DNA from: Lytechinus pictus
Taxonomy: Eukaryota
Direction of reading: 5' to 3'
Length of the DNA stretch: 64,000 nt
Assembly (NCBI RefSeq): GCF_037042905.1
Contig: NC_087247.1
Location: forward strand, 10,292,001-10,356,000
Below are positions 49,825 through 63,273 of this stretch, piece after piece (within the stretch, counting starts at the first letter, position 1; each line of letters opens with the position of its first letter). The translations under genes were made by a program, and so were the position numbers. The notes beneath the pieces were generated by a model. The model made no database searches. It had not been told where the DNA came from and saw only the letters and a list, made by a program, of their open reading frames with translations.

Positions 49825-52800
49825 GTAATTGCAAATTGAATATGATTACTTTTCTTTACAGCAAAAATAGATAGATAGGTGTATTATGGACCTACTGTGT
49901 CCGTAATGTAGACAATTTCAATAAGCTAAAGCTCGATAATTCTTATTTCTTCGTTTCCATAAGTAGTGAAGACCAACATTTTTTTTAATTTGACATATGA
50001 ATTTGTTCAAAATCTACGATCTACAGCTAGACATCAATATAAGTAAAATTAGCATTATTTTAAATTAAATCTTAGGGCCAAGGCAATCACCCCAAAATTA
50101 ATGCCACCCCTTCAAATATTTTGACAGAATCCCCCTTTAAACATTTTGACGCGTACGCATATCCCTTCTTTGGCTGTCACCTCCTCGGCTTATTTCCCCT
50201 TCCCCTTTTGCCTATACTGTATAGGACCCGCGGTAAATAAATACCCCCTAGATCCGCCAGGTACCGGTCGTATGATTCAATGATTGTATGCACTCCTAAT
50301 ATATTGGATTGCCCTATGTAACACATAGGCCACTGATTGTTATTGATTGACCAACGTACAATAAGTCTTTATATTTGTAGACAAGGTCCCAAATAAAGAT
50401 AATAATTTTGTCTTAAGTATTAAATTCAAATCCGGTTATTGTGGTTATATAGCTAGAGCACGATCAAAAGGTAGGCCTATTGTAATTTTGTAGCCCCCCA
50501 CAAAAAAAAAAGAATATATAAAAACAAAACTATTACTATTACTACTACTACTACTACTACTAGTTCTGCTGCTGATGATGATGCTGGTAATGACAATAAT
50601 AATAATAATGATAATAGTAATAATAATAATAACAATGAAAATGATAATATTATAATAATAAATATAATAATAATAATAGTATCAGTATTAATATTTTAAT
50701 AAAAACAAAATAATCAAATATTCTAAGAATATTTTGTAACCATGAATAGGATGGATACTATGTATAGGCCTAACTTATTGATGCGAGCGCGAAGCCCGAG
50801 CTTAAATTTTGATTTTCCGACCTGAAACCTGGACATTCAAAGCACTGTTTGTTATCATGATTCATAAAAAATGTACGCATTTCACAAAAAAAAATCATGC
50901 GAGCGCGAAGGTGAACTGAAATAATCAACATAAAGACCTGAAAAGAATTAAATTAATGACTATTTGCAATGTCTCATGAATAAAATATATATCCCACCAA
51001 TCAAATAACGTGAGCGCCTGAAGCGCGAGCTGCAAAAATTGAGATCCTGTTGGAAAACCGGAAAGATTAACCAATTTTTGACATCATAAATAGGATGGGT
51101 ATCTAATCAAACAATTAATGCGATCGCGAAGCTCGAGCTGATTTTTTATACTTAGATTTAATCATTAAACAAGAAATTCAAAGCAATGTAACCATGAACA
51201 GGGTGCAGGTATAAATCTACATAATTGATTCTAGCGCGAAGAGCGAGCTGAAAAGTTTTGATTTTCAGACATGAAACAGGTTGGGTATATAACTCCAACA
51301 GTCGATGCCAGCGCGAAGCGCGAGTTAAAATCTTTGATTTTTTTACCTGACACTTGCCTAACTAGACACTCTAGCACCTTAGGTAATCATGCACATTATT
51401 TTTTTACTTGGCAGTCCAAGGAGGGGGTGGGTAAACCCCCTAACCCGTATATCTGCGCCACTGCCTCCCACCTTTTACTGCCCCTGACCATATCCAGTCA
51501 TTTGTATTGAGAATAATGGAATAATCCTCCTTCATGATTATTTTCATTTCATTTCTATCTAGCTCGTGAACTGTAGTCTGTTTGCCGGCGTTGAGATGGT
51601 TAAAAGTGGAACCGACGAGCCAGCTTGTGTCATCACGATAAGAAACACACAATCACAGGATACGAACGGACGCCGAGAAACTACCAAAAAGATCTTTGCC
51701 TATATGCAGGCTCAACTGAAACTCACGGACGATATAATGACGAGGTAAAAAAAAAGAATAAACAATTATTTTTACGATCGTTTCATTTTCTTTATGGTTT
51801 AAAGGGGAGTGGGTTAGGATTGTGGACACCAATAAAACAGCGAAATTGTCCCAAGTGCGAACTAAAAATCTGTAATATTTGTAATAATTTGTAATATATA
51901 TATATTATAACGGGTATACTGAAAGGCCAATCTATTACAAGATTCGTTACAAGGGTGTGCTGCTATTCATAAAACTGGTGTATCAGTCTTTTACATTGAA
52001 CATTCCAAAAGTAATTTGACCACCTAAGTCATTTTTGCCTCCTCAAACTTTGTCAAAATGAGTATGATAACCAATGCAGCCTATACAGCGCGTCCCAAAA
52101 AAAAATGTCCCTCTTATATGGGGCTAAATTACTTCAAAAAATAAAAAAATATTCTCACTGAAATGTATTTACGTAGGAAGCTCATCTCATGTTCTAACTT
52201 CTATAAAAATTTCATTGGTCTCGCTTTAGTGGTTTTGAATACACAGTCTATTATGTAAAAGTGGTGCTTTTCAGCCCATTCTAAGTTTGCATGCATGCAG
52301 CACTACTGTGTGTTCTGCACTTTCTAGCATATCAACCCCCTTTGACCATTCTGACCAAGGAATTCCCTGATCTGACCAGGGAAATCTCCATGATCTAACC
52401 AGGCTCATCAAATCACAACCTTGAGCATGTTTAGAAGGGCAAAAACAATATTTGACAGCTCATTTCATGTTTGAAAATGGGAGATGCACAATGATTAAGA
52501 CAACGGGTCATGTCTGTCTAATTCCTAATTCATGCCTAATACTGCATTTTTGTTTTTATTAATGTTTTTTTAGTTAATAAGCTACTGTGGTCAAGTTAAT
52601 TCAATTTTTCTCTAGTAAAGTTCCTTATTCGCAAAGGGTGTTTAACTTGCGGATTCCCCTTTATTTTTGTGCTTATTTTACTCATCCATCATTCACATTT
52701 TCTTTCAAGTTGGTGCACTGATTCCCCTTATCAATCATAAAAAAACTTGATTTTTTTTATATTTCTTGCCCTTCTGAACATGCCCAAGTTTATAATTTGA

Positions 52801-55349
52801 TGAGCCTGGATATGATTAGGGAAATGTCCCTGCTCAGATCCTGGATGTAAAATAGGGGTTAACATGCCATAGACAATGCAGATATGCATCAATGCTGCAA
52901 ACTTGGAATTGGCTAAAATGCACCACTGTTACGTAACAGAGTGTGTATTCAAAACCGCTGAAGCGAGACCAATGAAATTTTCATAGAAGTTAAATCATGA
53001 AATGAGCTTTCTACTCATGAACATTTATTTGAGAATACCACCACATTTTAGAATTAATTCAGTCCTATGTCAGAGGGACATTTTTGGGGGGACGCGCTGT
53101 ATATAGGGAACATGTTGTTCACATTTTCCTCATTTTGGCACATATGCCATTGCGTGAACAAAGATTTGTATTCTTTTATAAGGAAGATCTTACACCCTAT
53201 TTCAATGTTAAAAAGTCTCCTTCAAATTAGGAAACTATTTTGACTGCTTTTCCAACAATGTAAGATTCTATTGATACGCACTGTATATTAGTTGCAGCTC
53301 TAAAAACACTACTCAGAATAATCTATATATGTTCTTTCTGTAATGCAGAAAATGAAACGATCGAACATTTATTTTGGAATTGACCATTTGCACAGTCATT
53401 TTGGAATCAGCTAGGAAAAGAGCTTACTATGTTTGATTTTTCATTATTAACGAAAAAGTAATACTCGGTATGTTATCACAAAATGTCCTCTTTTTAACCA
53501 TAATCTAGTTATTGCAAAGAAATCATTTTATCTTAGTAGATCATGCAAATCATGTACACGCAAATCATGCAGATGCAACTCATGTACACGCAAATCATGT
53601 AGATGTTAATCATGTAGATGCAAATCATGTTTCTGATTGTGTTGATTTGTTAACTAGATCGTACAAAACGAAAACACTTATAGCCATTCGAAATAACGAA
53701 AAGAGTGTCCACTAACGCAGGTGGCGAGACATGATACAGTGGTTATCCATTTATGTTATGTAACTGTTATGCAATTTCTTATAATGTATTTGTTCAACAG
53801 AATTGAATGTACCTTGAAGTGACCAATAAAATATCATATAAATACAAAAAAAAGAATGATTGTGCGCCTCGTTTTGATTATAACAAAACTTACATTATTG
53901 AGGCCAGTCAGAAGACTTTTGATCATTCATCAAAAGGAAGGTCGAATTAATCCCTTTAATAGGATTTGGAGAATTAAAGTACTCCAAACCAATACCATTA
54001 TAAATGTTACAAAATAAGGGTAATTAAAGACACGTTATCAGTCGAGGAGAGATGGGTGAAGGTTGGGTTGTAGTAAAAAAAAAAAAAGGTAAGGGTATTA
54101 AGGGCGGGAGCTTACAGTTTCCTGAGAAAATGTGAATGCAGGTGCACTCCACTCAAGTTGTACCTACCTCTCTAAACTAGCTACATTTGATTGATTTGTT
54201 GCTCGGTTGGTTGTTTGTTTGATTGACAATAATTCACATTATTGACCCTAATTATCGAAGCCAAAGACAGGCTTTAAAATGCCACTTTTCATGTCAGTAT
54301 GTCAAAAATTTCAGCGCGCACTTCGCCATTTTCAGGTCAATAAGTCAAGAATTTCAGTTCGCGCTTCGCGCACTGAAATAATCACATAATTCACACCCTT
54401 TTCCAACCCCCCTGTAAATTTAATGTCTTCTTTTCTTTTGTTGCAAATAGTCCTTAAAATTTCCCCAATTTTCGGGTCAATATATCAACAATTTCAAATC
54501 GCGCTTCGCACTCGTATTATTACTATTTTTTTTAATGGTATGTAATTTCCCACATAACAGCCCCAACTGAAAATACCGTCTTAAAGAGGTCAGCTAAAAA
54601 TGGGAATTTAATTAGCGCTTCACGCTCACTTTATTTGTTGGGTAAGATTGGTATCCTTTTTCATGATTCTAACCGGTGCTTAGAATGCCCCTTTCAAATT
54701 AGCATATAAAATACTTTGCGTTCTCATTTCTTGAATTCAGGATTAATGATACGCCTAAAAACACACAATACCTAACAAGTTCAAGTTCATAAATTTAAGA
54801 AAAGAAGAAAATATTGTATATATGCGCAAGTAAATAACCCTCTTTTATTTTGATTGTTCATTGTTTTTCTTGACATAGTCATTGTGGAGTGAATTCTTTT
54901 GTGCGAAAGAAGCTTTTTAAAAGTTTGCTGAACAATTTGTTTTTAAAGAAAAATCCTGGATCCGACCCTACTCATGATTTATTCATATTCAGCAGTGTTT
55001 GAATTTTATTAGTTTTATCTAACAATAACTTCCCTCCATTATTTTCCCACTGCACAATTTAGAAGTGATAACTTTCTGGAAACTTTTATTCATCATGGAA
55101 TATTGAATTATTATATTAATATTCCATAAATAAGAGTTTCCTGATGAGGTTATTAACCTCATCATGCTTGGAAACTCATGCACAATTATGCATAATCAAA
55201 TTGATTCTGTAAGTGTAATTTAAGAATAAATGAATTAACATCATCCCATCTATTCATATGATGCAATTTGCAGATTCAACACAGTCTATCTTACCCCGGG
55301 ACTAGACGAGATCGGGACAAGTGCAGGATTAGCATGCGACAGAAAATGA
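49717..55349 (+). CDS. MIF: MIF/DDT family protein C, 121 aa; join(49717-49824,51563-51744,55274-55349)
   Basis: MPLIVIRTNIPRSSIPEGFLKGFSKVYSEAVNRDEK|LVNCSLFAGVEMVKSGTDEPACV...MTR|FNTVYLTPGLDEIGTSAGLACDRK*. Exon sizes are identical to paralog B. Confidence 0.93.
51563..51744 (+). CDS. MIF: MIF-like C exon 2
   Basis: atctag|CTC GTG ... ACG AG|gtaaaa. Confidence 0.92.
52086..53099. mobile_element. Tc1/mariner-like palindromic MITE
   Basis: TA|CAGCGCGTCCC...ATGTCCCTCT / AGAGGGACAT...GGGACGCGCTG|TA, with long imperfect inverted arms. Confidence 0.82.
53535..53630. repeat. 15-bp minisatellite (AATCATGTAGATGCA-like)
   Basis: About 6 tandem units, which produce the spurious HANHV peptide repeats. 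Confidence 0.7.
55274..55349 (+). CDS. MIF: MIF-like C exon 3
   Basis: ttgcag|A TTC AAC ... AAA TGA. Confidence 0.9.
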
Positions 55350-55908
55350 TCGACAAACACAATCAGCTCAAGGACTGGCCTACGTCGTTGGGGGCGTTAG
55401 CCATCAACGAAATTCACGTTGGAATTGAAGAACAGTCGATATTTTTCAATAAAAAGCATTTCTACAAAATGATCTTACACAAACTAATGTTAGTATGCTG
55501 TACACGATCTAAGCTAATCACGACTATGACTTTTGTACCATTTTTAATTGATGTAAGGGTTACTACTGGAAAGAGAAGTTTTGATATTTTACTGACTATA
55601 ATTATAATATTAATATTGTACCAGATTTATTTTTGCAAATATTTTTGTCGGAAAAAGCATTGTAAAAATGTATTCCTGATGGTTTGTATGGGTAGTAGGC
55701 CTACTATAGGTGTATGTCTGGATGTAATGTAGTGCATGTTGTTTATGAGTGGGTTTCTTCAAATAAATGTTTTATACAATACCACCTGTAATCCATGATT
55801 GGTTTGAAACTTGCATTCATGTCATGTTTTTTCTAAATATGGGAACTGAGACAAAATAGGAAAACAACCATTAATCCAAATTACAAAATTTATTGTCTCA
55901 GACTTTAA

Positions 55909-57109
55909 AGGTATACATTCCGGGATTGAAGAGGGCGCTGTCGGACATTACGTGTACGTATTGTATCTCAGTGATTACGTACGCGTTACCGTGGCTGCCC
56001 GTACCCGTACCAGGCCACATCATATACCAGCGTGATAGCGAGCGGGCCGTGGGCCGATGCTCGGCCGGAGAATCAGGCGTAGCATCACGCTACGAACCAG
56101 TGGGGCGACTGTGGGTGCAACATTTGCACTCTTGCGCAAAAGCCGAAAAAACACGGTTGTTTGGAAATAGAACATCAATTACCTATCGGATATGTAGTGT
56201 CTGAAAACAGGACACACTAAATGTAATGGAAAAGATGGTAACAAGCAGTAATTCGCAGTTTACCAGCCCTGCTGAATCAACGAAACTCGAATGTTGATGC
56301 GGGTTTATTCATTTTTGCTAAGCTTGGATGACGTCATCATGTACGACCTAGCGCTCGTTCGAGCAATATGACACCGAACGTCAAAACCTTCAAATACGAG
56401 TCACAGATTTGGGCAGTGAACGAGAAGGCTCGTCACAGATTACTTCGCGCATGCGCAGCGCTCCCAAAATTCCTTAATCTCGTACGTCCACATGGCTCGT
56501 CACAGAAAACGAAAGGTCTCTATTTAAAACGCAGATGCCATGTTTTGAATGCCCGAACTCGACTCTTAGACGATTCTTAGTTTGCGTATGTTTCGGCGGC
56601 TGTTTGACCTTCCTGGCTGGTCAGCTCCACCTCTTTTAGCTGAGTGAATTGATGTCAGCAGACGTTTGAGTAAGCGAGCTCTGATATAGTCCACATAATG
56701 CATATAATTTATGTTCATGATGTGTGTCTGTGCAATACGCGAATGGCTGATGATTGACATCTGCATGCAGGCAAAATTATCTTCGTAATGAAGATGGCGG
56801 CAAGTACAGCACGCAACAAAACCGTCCAACGGTGCACTGCAAAAACTCTGGTGTTGATTTAACACCAGCCCGGAATCTATAATATGTCCACACCAGAGAA
56901 GTGTTAAACAATACCAGTTTCGTTTTGGTGTAACACCAGATAGGTGTTCATACAACACCAAGTAGTATTAAAACTGCATCGGTTTGATTCCAAACTGGTG
57001 TTGTTTCAATACTTCTCTGGTGTGGACATATATAGATTCCGGGCTGGTGTTAAATCAACACCGGAGTTTTTGCAGTGTGCCATCTTGAACCCCCGGAATC
57101 ATTATATCT
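55909..57109. mobile_element. Kolobok-like non-autonomous element (TTAA-flanked) hosting a CACTA-like MITE
   Basis: TTAA|AGGTATACATTCCGGG ... CCCGGAATCATTATATCT|TTAA, with a GC-rich interior. Confidence 0.55.
56835..57077. mobile_element. CACTA/EnSpm-like MITE, copy 3 (TSD TG)
   Basis: Near-identical to 47104-47344. Confidence 0.85.
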
Positions 57110-59737
57110 TTAAAAGGTATCTTCTGTTTGTATACATCATGGAATGGGACAAAACTTACTAAACAATTAATCCTCAAAATCATTATACAATAACTTGTTG
57201 GAATGGAGTCTCGGGGAAAATGATAAAATCACAGAGCGAGGGCTATCAATAGTTCTTATTTTCGTATGGAACCATCAATAGGGAGCTTTCGCTTCCAGGA
57301 CGCGCGACGGATTCAAGAACGTAGAAAACGTATTGCAAAATGCCCTTCATGACAATGAACAACCAAGAAGTCTTTGTAAAAAAATGGTGAAATCGAAAGA
57401 GTTTCGTTCTGGTCATATCTGGTTCTCCAACTTTCGACAAAGACCACCCAGCTGCCACTGTCTTGACGGGCATTTTCAATACATTTACTGTGACATTTTC
57501 TTGAATCCGTCGGGGGTCGTGGAAGCAAAAACTCCCTAATAGAAACAAAAAATTCGGTCACAGCACTTTTGTACACTCTTAAAGTAGTTGGGCAAAAGAT
57601 GCCAAACTTTTAACCAACCCTGGGCAACATACTGTCCACACAACTATTGGTTAAAATCTGCCCAAATTGGGTAATAAAAACTAATAATTGGGTAATAAAT
57701 TGCTCAATTGGATAATAATTTGCCCAGAATATATATATTTTTACATTACCCAACACAGTGGACAGTATGTTGCCCAACATTTTAAGTTTGTAAGATTGGA
57801 ATAATGGAAGAACATTTCAAATAGGGCATAATTTACAATATTTAGCCCTATTCCACAAAAAGTTTTGTATACTTTAAAGACATTGTACACCCGTTTTATT
57901 CTTATATCACTTTCAGTGATTAAACCATTGTTCTGAAAGGAACAGATATAACCCAAAGTGAAATTGTTTTCATTGAAGGCAGAACATAGCAGATATGTGA
58001 AATTGAAAGTGTAAGCAAAGAGATGGACAAATAATCAGCAGGTACCATAGATTTGCCCAGAGTTTCAAAATGACTTGCGCCAAAATGAATGAAATTGACA
58101 CAATAATAAAAAAATGTGAGTCTCGTTGACCGTCCCCACGACATTTTGGACAGTTTTTGACCAAAACTGACCGTTGTGACCACTCTTTGGAAAATGACCA
58201 CTATACAGAATGCCTTTGTAAACAAATCGAAATAAAAGGTCAATCTATTACAAGATTCGTTACAAGGGTGTGCTGTTATACCTAAAACGCAATCTTTTAC
58301 ATTGAACAGCTCAAAAGTATGGAAAAACGTCGGATTTGATTGGGAACATGTTTGTTACGTGTCTCACGTATATGTTGCTTCGCTCCATCGAGTTTCTGAC
58401 GTTTTATTCCATCATCTGCAGTGATGATGCAGTCACATTTCCCCTGCGATGCCCACACGGCGAGTCGAAAGCAGCCGTTTTATTTATTTTCATTCAAACC
58501 ACCTACATGTAGCTGGTACAAGAATGCTAAAACGGTTGTTTTCGACTCGCCATACGGCCAGCGTGGGGAAAATGTCATTGCGCCATGAACGTGCAAATCG
58601 GACGTATGAGAGCATGCAGGGGCCCGTTGATGAAGAGACTAAATAATGTGACTTTACATCATGTTCCATACAGTGGTATCAGGGCTTAGCCACCAAAGAC
58701 AAGCAAGTTTTCCATTGCAGTTAAAACAATAATACAAATTTCCAATAGTTATAGCAGTAGGCCTAATGAGCCAGAAATTTTGAGGGGGCCTGATATGGTG
58801 GAGAAAAGGTTATTTTTTAAAATGCCAGCGAGTGAAAGCGCAAGCAAACATGTTGGCATTTTTTTTACACAAAAATCTAATTTTGGGCTAGGTTTTATGA
58901 AAACTATTTCGAATGTTGTTTGCCGGAGTAGGCAAATCTGACGTTATTTGAAGACACGCGATGAGCGCTATGCTTATAACAGATAGGAGAGGATCAAGTC
59001 GTTTGACAAAAGAATCAATCTTAGAATTTTGCCCGGGGGGGGGGGCACTTACATTGACGAGTGGATACCATGCGCGACCAAAAAAACACGTAAAAAGGAT
59101 ATCTTCAAGATAGGGCACGTTACGCACGTAGCGTAATAAGGGTGTAAAAAACACTAAAATAATGAAAAAAGGGTATCTATTAATTTCGCTAGGAAATTTA
59201 CTTGTTTAGGGTCAAATTTGCGAGGGTATAAACAATCAAGACTAAAATATTTTATAAAGGATGTACTTTTTGCCCCAGGAGTCAACACTACAAGTTTATT
59301 ATGGAGTACGATTTGCGCGAGTTGGGCTGTCCTAAACCCAATGATAGGTAAAGGTAAAACCGACGACCGACGTCCATGTGAAATATCGCTGTACTTGTTT
59401 AGGGGTACAATTCAGGGAATACTTGTCAATAGTATCGTTTTGTTTCCAATACTTGTTAAGGGTTAAGGGTAGGGTTTCACACGCCAATACTTGTATACGT
59501 GTTTAGGGTGCTTTTTGAGATCTCATGGTCGCGCATATCCACTCGTGAATGGAAGTGCCCCCCCCCCCCCCGGGGAATTTTGACCATGATAATTATGGTA
59601 GCACATGATTACCGGGTCAGACGCATTGGTCTTTGTATAAACAAGGTCCAAAGTCCATTAAATATTGGCCATGTGCTTGTTTAACGCTGATGAGGCGATG
59701 TATTAAGAGTGCACAATTTGGGCAGGAATGGAATGAA

Positions 59738-61845
59738 GATAATAATAATTGTATTTATACAGCTCGATATCAATCTATACGACTGCTCAAAGAGCTTCAC
59801 AATAATTATCACTGGATTAATAGCGTTTTTAGCAGCGTGTTATATAGGCACACACTTACTAAACCACCCTCACCGACGGCTGTTTCCCACCGGTACCAAA
59901 TTAGCACCTGGGTGAGAGTGACAAAGTGTAAATATTGACGCATTGCCAATTGACACTAGGCCACCCAGGACCAAAATCCAATTGAAACCAGTTGGATTTC
60001 CAACTGGTTTCAATTGGTTTCAATTGGTTTCAACTGGTTTCAATTGGTTTTAACTGGAATTTAACAATTTCCAGTTGAAACCAGTTGGGCAACTGGAAAT
60101 CCTAACTGGAACCAGTTGGGTAACTGGAAATGACTTCCAATTGGAAATGATTTCTAACTGGAACCAGTTGAATAACTGGAAATCCCAACTGGAACCAGTT
60201 GGGCAACTGGAAATCCTAACTGGAACCAGTTGGGTAACTGGAAATGACTTCCAATTGGAAATGATTTCTTACTGGAACCAGTTGAGTAACTGGAAATCCC
60301 AACTGGAACCAGTTGGGCAACTGGAAATCCTAACTGGAACCAGTTGGGTAACTGGAAATGACTTCCAATTGGAAATGATTTCTAACTGGAACCAGTTGGG
60401 CAACTGGAAATCCTAACTGGAACCAGTTGGGTAACTGGAAATGACTTCCAACTGGAAATGATTTCTAACTGGAACCAGTTGAGTAACTGGAAATCCCAAC
60501 TGGAACCAGTTGGGCAACTGGAAATCCTAACTGGAACCAGTTGGGTAACTGGAAATGACTTCCAATTGGAAATGATTTCTTACTGGAACCAGTTGAGTAA
60601 CTGGAAATCCCAACTGGAACCAGTTGGGCAACTGGAAATCCTAACTGGAACCAGTTGGGTAACTGGAAAGGACTTCCAACTGGAAATGATTTCTAACTGG
60701 AACCAGTTGGGCAACTGGAAATCCTAACTGGAACCAGTTGGGTAACTGGAAATGACTTCCAACTGGAAATGATTTCTAACTGGAACCAGTTGGGTAACTG
60801 GAAATCCTAACTTGAACCATTCAGTTGTGTAACTGGAAATCCTAACTGGTACCAATTGGGTAACTGAGATGACTTCTAACTGGAAAGATGGGTAACTGGA
60901 AATGAATTCTAATTGGAACCAGTTGGGTAACTGGAAATTATTTCCAATTGGTTTCCAATTGGAAATTTTCCAGTTACCCAACTGGATCCAATTGAAACCA
61001 GTTAATTTGCATATTATTGGCCAGTGTGCACAGATTAATGTTTTATGAGATTAATCATCATTAACAATGTATCTATTTAATTCTTTACAATTTCAAGTAC
61101 CACACTTTTTAAAGATTAGTATTTAGAATACTTAGCAGTGAAAACCATGTTCATAAATGTTATAGATTATAATTAAAACAGATTAGAGGATAATTAGGAC
61201 ACCACTAACTGTTACCAAATTACATCAAATAAAAGTACATATATTTGAAGATCTTCCATATAAATATATACACATGAAAGTCTGTATTTTATCAATGCCC
61301 TTTACATTGGTATTAATAGACATATAACACTGCTTCTGTGTTGGCATGAGAAAAAGTTAGTGCAAATGCTAATTAATTTGTAACTAATTAAGTTCGTTCC
61401 AACTGGAAGTTCCAATTGGATCCAGTTGGAAACCAATTGGTTTCAACTGGTTCCAGTTGAAACCAGTTGCCTCCAATTGGTTTCAACTGGAACCAATTGA
61501 AACCAGTTGCCTCCAATTGGATTCAATTGGTTTTAATAGGGAAATTGGAACAACTGGAACCAATTGACAACAATTGCCAACTGGTTCCAGTTGCCCAATT
61601 GGTTTTAACTGGAACCAATTGGCAACTGGTTTTCAATTGGTTTTTAACTGGAACCAATTGGCAACTGGTTTTCAATTGGAACCAGTTGTTCCAATTTCCC
61701 TATTGAAACCAGTTGGCCAACTGGTTTCAATTGGTTTTGCCCTAATTGGTTTTAACTGGATTTTGGTCCTGGGCATGGTGGGATTCGAACACACGACCCT
61801 CTGATTGCAAGGTGAGAGTCAGAACCGCTACACCACGACGCTTCC
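59738..61845 (-). mobile_element. tRNA-derived SINE split in two (body ~59738-59963, tRNA head 61774-61845)
   Basis: The - strand head reads ...GTGGTGTAGCGGTT...GTGTTCGAATCCCACCATG. It resumes GCCTAGTGTC...ACTCTCACCCAGGTGCTAATTTGGTACC and ends in an L2-like (ATT)n tail. Confidence 0.75.
59964..61773. mobile_element. CCCAG-ended EnSpm/CMC-like non-autonomous element with AACTGG/CCAGTT tandem arrays
   Basis: CA|CCCAGGACCAAAATCCA ... TGGATTTTGGTCCTGGG|CA, giving a 2-bp TSD. A ~111-bp higher-order repeat runs from about 60075 to 60830. Confidence 0.85.
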
Positions 61846-61930
61846 ATAGAAGTATACTCTGTAGACGTCTAAAGAGCCAAATAGAACTTCACCAGTCGAC
61901 AAAACCATAGCACTGTCCATCGGAATAATC

Positions 61931-62038
61931 ATGCCACTCGCAATAATCACCACCACGCTTCCATCCGAGTCTATTCCGACCAAGTTTTGTGAAGATTTGT
62001 CGAAACTGCTGTCGGTTGAACTCATCATGCCAGAAGAG
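61931..62038 (+). CDS. MIF: MIF-like D exon 1
   Basis: ATG CCA ... GAG|gtaaat. Confidence 0.9.
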
Positions 62039-63273
62039 GTAAATGGATTTTCCCCATCTCCCCTTATCTCTCACCTAAAATTGTAGGCCTATTTACATAT
62101 CAACCATGTCATAGAGTAGGCCTGCAAGACAGTTGAATCACTTATAGTGAACCAAAGGAGGTTTTGATCACTATTTCTTATTTTTATTTCTTCTTTATTT
62201 TCAATGTCTCGTAACGTGTGCCTAGCCAACCAAGATTCCAGCAAAGAAGGTGTTATTGTAGTATTACTCGTATATTCCTTCACTCAGTTGGCTAGATATA
62301 ATTTCTAACTTAAGATATATTATACGTAACTACAAATCTATTTTTTTGTTTGCTTGTTTTTGAGAAGAGTAAAAAAAGACCCTCATATTATGAAGTATGA
62401 GATAGTATACTAATTTACGTACAGTAGTAGTACTATAAATTCTGGGACCAAATTAAAAGCGACATTTTTTACTTTTTAAACCGGAAATTTGATTTATTAA
62501 TGATAACCCCTGTTTTAAGATATACTGTATAGAATATTCGTTTTACTTAATTACATTAAATTTGCAAGTCACTTTTTTTTACAATAAGTTATTCTGATAC
62601 TGCATAGTGGAACAATTTTTTTTTTACTAAAATATACTTTTCACAATTCTCTACGACGTCTCCGGCAAGGCGTCACGTACTTTGCCCGACAGCCGCGAGG
62701 ATGCTATTGGCAATATTGCAAAGTCTCCAAGTAGTCGCTGCGACGACTCGAAAACATCCATAAGAGGTCGCTGCAACTTCTAGACGTTGCAGCGACTACT
62801 TGAAAACTTTCGAGCAGCATTCCCGCGACCATCTGGTAGAGCGCTTGTCACCTTGTCTGGAGACGTCACAGAGAGACTTCACTTTGGTTAGACCGAAGAA
62901 ATATTTTTGTTGGATACGTCTAGCTCTGCGACTGTGATGATGATCTTTGAGACGCCGCAAAGGCGGTTTTTGTTGTTGTTGAGACAGGGCCTTAATCGGA
63001 CAGGATCATTCTTACCCCCAGCTAGTCATTGGATATTAATTGGTACATTTTCCACATCATGATAACTGTGTGATAATTTATGGTCACTTTCCTTAAGGTC
63101 GTAACGGTACACGTTAACGCAGGTCAGCTGATGACGCGCAATGGAACCCACGACCCCAGCGCCTACATTGAACTGTACCACTCCAAAGGATACGGGACAA
63201 TCGACAAGAAACGGAAGGTCTCCAGGACTGTACTAGCCTATGCCAAGCAACGTCTCAGCATCGATACGTCCAG
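61931..63273 (+). CDS. MIF: MIF/DDT family protein D (partial); join(61931-62038,63098-63273); exon 3 probably beyond the window
   Basis: MPLAIITTTLPSESIPTKFCEDLSKLLSVELIMPEE|VVTVHVNAGQLMTRNGTHDPSAYIELYHSKGYG...IDTSR. 108-bp exon 1 and phase 0/2 introns. Confidence 0.9.
62648..62876. repeat. Imperfect palindrome / MITE remnant in MIF-D intron 1
   Basis: TCTCTACGACGTCTCCGGCAAGG / CCTTGTCTGGAGACGTCACAGAGA, with inner CAAGTAGTCGCTGC / GCAGCGACTACTTG. Confidence 0.65.
63098..63273 (+). CDS. MIF: MIF-like D exon 2
   Basis: ccttaag|GTC GTA ... TCC AG|gtaact. Confidence 0.92.

Noticed and set aside
46984-55349. TGA stops of MIF-B and MIF-C as Sec or read-through codons linked to the UCA tRNA-like genes
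   Set aside because: The TGA of B is followed immediately by TAA, the stops fall at the normal MIF length, and I recognised no SECIS.
55268-55732. 154-aa ORF
   Set aside because: It overlaps MIF-C exon 3 in another frame and runs into an AT-rich 3' UTR.
60075-60830. CRISPR-like array or repeat protein
   Set aside because: Eukaryotic context, no unique spacers; it is a tandem array inside a TIR element.
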